From Anaerolineales bacterium (GTDB lineage: Bacteria > Chloroflexota > Anaerolineae > Anaerolineales > Villigracilaceae), in assembly GCA_041753035.1 (NCBI GenBank), contig JBGSVI010000091.1:22148-86147 (forward strand): 64,000 nucleotides of DNA, given 5' to 3'. A model generated the notes under the pieces. That model did no database searches. It saw only the letters and a list, made by a program, of their open reading frames with translations, and was not told the DNA's origin. A program made the translations under genes and the position numbers. Each line of letters starts with the position of its first letter. The stretch's first letter is position 1. This document shows positions 62,976 to 64,000 of this stretch, in pieces.

Positions 62976-64000
62976 ACCTGCATTTTCGACAATTCGTTGC
63001 CCGTTATAAAGAAAGAATAACAAAGCAGAAACTACTGCTCTGCTCGCTTGCGCTGACCCTGTCCCTGCTCGCTTGCCAGTTCACAGACCTACCCTTTCCA
63101 ATTCCTAATGTCACACCCAGCCGCACACCGCAGGCTCTCCAATTTCCCAAAGAAACAAGCTCACAACCAACGGTACAGTTCTCCTGGGATGCAGCACCTT
63201 TCAATTATGGCTGGGCAGACCGCGAACCCTTCCGTTTCAACCTGTCCACATTCGGGCAGGCAGCCCTTTCCGGTCTGCCGGGAGCAACAGTCTATCACCT
63301 AGCGATCCTCCTGAACGATCCTCTCCGGCAACTGCAGGGAGCAGAGGAGATACGCTACACGAATACCGAGGTAATTCCACTTGAAGAGATCGACATCGCC
63401 CTGTTCCCGGAACTTCTTGGCGGGAAAATGACCATCCTGGAGACCCAACTCGATGGGCATCCCATCACACCCATCATCGAGGGTTGGTTGATGCGCCTGC
63501 CCTTGACCCATCCACTCGAGCCTGGGCAGGCAGTGACCCTGCGCATCCTGTTCGAGGTGGAGATCCCCAGCGGAGGCGGAGATTATTATTACGGCATCTT
63601 CGGCTACAACAGCGGGATCCTCTCGCTTGCGCATGCCTACCCCACCGTGCTGGTATACAACCAGGAAGGCTGGAACAACCAGGTTCCCGACCTGGATGGC
63701 GATCCACTGTTCGCAGACACCAGTTTCTACCTGGTGTCCGTGGATGCCCCCGCCAACTTAGTGGTTGTATCTGCCGGGATCGAATTGGAACGCAGTGAAA
63801 CCGGGGGCAAGCAGCAAATCCTGATCGCCAATGGACCGGCGCGCGATTTTTACCTGGCAGCCAGTTCGAACTGGGTAAAGCAGAGCCAGGTCATCGGTGA
63901 AGTGACGGTCAACACTTATGCCCCGGCGGGAGAACAGGAAGCGGAGAATGCGCTGAATTTCGGAGTTGCAGTAATTGATACTTTCAGCCAGCGCTACGGG
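62972..64000 (+). CDS. Lipoprotein, probable M1-family (aminopeptidase N-like) metallopeptidase, 3'-truncated by the window edge
   Basis: This open frame is absent from the ORF track because no stop is reached. ATGA overlap with the upstream gene and the lipobox SLLAC. The N-domain pattern (YHLAILLNDP..LQGAEEIRYTN.....L..I.LALFPE) resembles M1 N-terminal domains. The HEXXH motif would lie beyond the window. Confidence 0.55.
   Translation, partial: MNLHFRQFVARYKERITKQKLLLCSLALTLSLLACQFTDLPFPIPNVTPSRTPQALQFPKETSSQPTVQFSWDAAPFNYGWADREPFRFNLSTFGQAALSGLPGATVYHLAILLNDPLRQLQGAEEIRYTNTEVIPLEEIDIALFPELLGGKMTILETQLDGHPITPIIEGWLMRLPLTHPLEPGQAVTLRILFEVEIPSGGGDYYYGIFGYNSGILSLAHAYPTVLVYNQEGWNNQVPDLDGDPLFADTSFYLVSVDAPANLVVVSAGIELERSETGGKQQILIANGPARDFYLAASSNWVKQSQVIGEVTVNTYAPAGEQEAENALNFGVAVIDTFSQRYG

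Noticed and set aside
1-64000. CRISPR arrays, rRNA genes, transposases or IS elements, toxin-antitoxin pairs and known defence-system hallmarks (for example Cas, RM methylase/endonuclease pairs, reverse transcriptases, STAND NTPases).
   Set aside because: I read through both strands and the ORF track without finding matching repeats or motifs. YraN and RuvX are housekeeping nuclease folds in conserved contexts.

Overview
The window is 64 kb of densely packed, mostly housekeeping bacterial chromosome, roughly 90% coding. Short or overlapping junctions (many ATGA start/stop overlaps) imply long operons. Composition is GC-rich but uneven: hand-counted 60-nt lines range from about 40% to 65% GC. 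Protein features such as Ser/Thr/Pro-rich linkers after signal anchors, many lipoboxes and DinB-fold abundance suggest a Chloroflexota/Anaerolineae-like organism. That assignment is inference only.

I support about 65 CDS, one tRNA-Arg(UCU), several intrinsic-terminator hairpins and a set of promoter-like -10 elements. I saw no rRNA, CRISPR array, transposase, integrase or prophage module.

Recognisable content, in order:
- arfB, pyk, a CoA-transferase, rocD and argF.
- A co-directional moaC-moaD-moaE-thrC-like-moxR-DUF58 string.
- scpA, efp and mogA.
- A tRNA-Arg-tpx-hsp20-lon-receiver-GNAT-mogA string.
- A GT4-yraN-miaA unit, flavoproteins, an acyl-CoA ligase and ftsH.
- A LysM/M23 peptidase and a five-gene Liv-type ABC importer.
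- cinA, an M14 peptidase and an MtaD-CYTH fusion.
- An alaS-(494 aa membrane protein)-ruvX-mltG cluster.
- A GH13 enzyme, a CBS/ACT protein with an ABC-2 exporter, DinB-fold proteins, a deoxynucleoside kinase and a partial M1-like peptidase.

I did not find an unambiguous novel multi-gene system such as a defence island. The best candidates for follow-up are:
- the ThrC-like PLP enzyme embedded between molybdopterin synthase and a MoxR/DUF58 pair;
- the MtaD-CYTH fusion with a degenerate CYTH signature;
- a baseplate-J-like membrane protein inside the alaS-ruvX-mltG cluster;
- an uncharacterised translationally coupled 530 aa + 144 aa pair next to the tRNA;
- stand-alone receiver proteins attached to both Lon and FtsH;
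- an Arg-tipped EF-P;
- a recurring leaderless-promoter geometry.

Two apparent -1 frame breaks, at about 27.45 kb and 52.69 kb, look like single-base assembly deletions (the latter lies in a G5/C6 homopolymer tract). They are a caveat for all start and stop calls.
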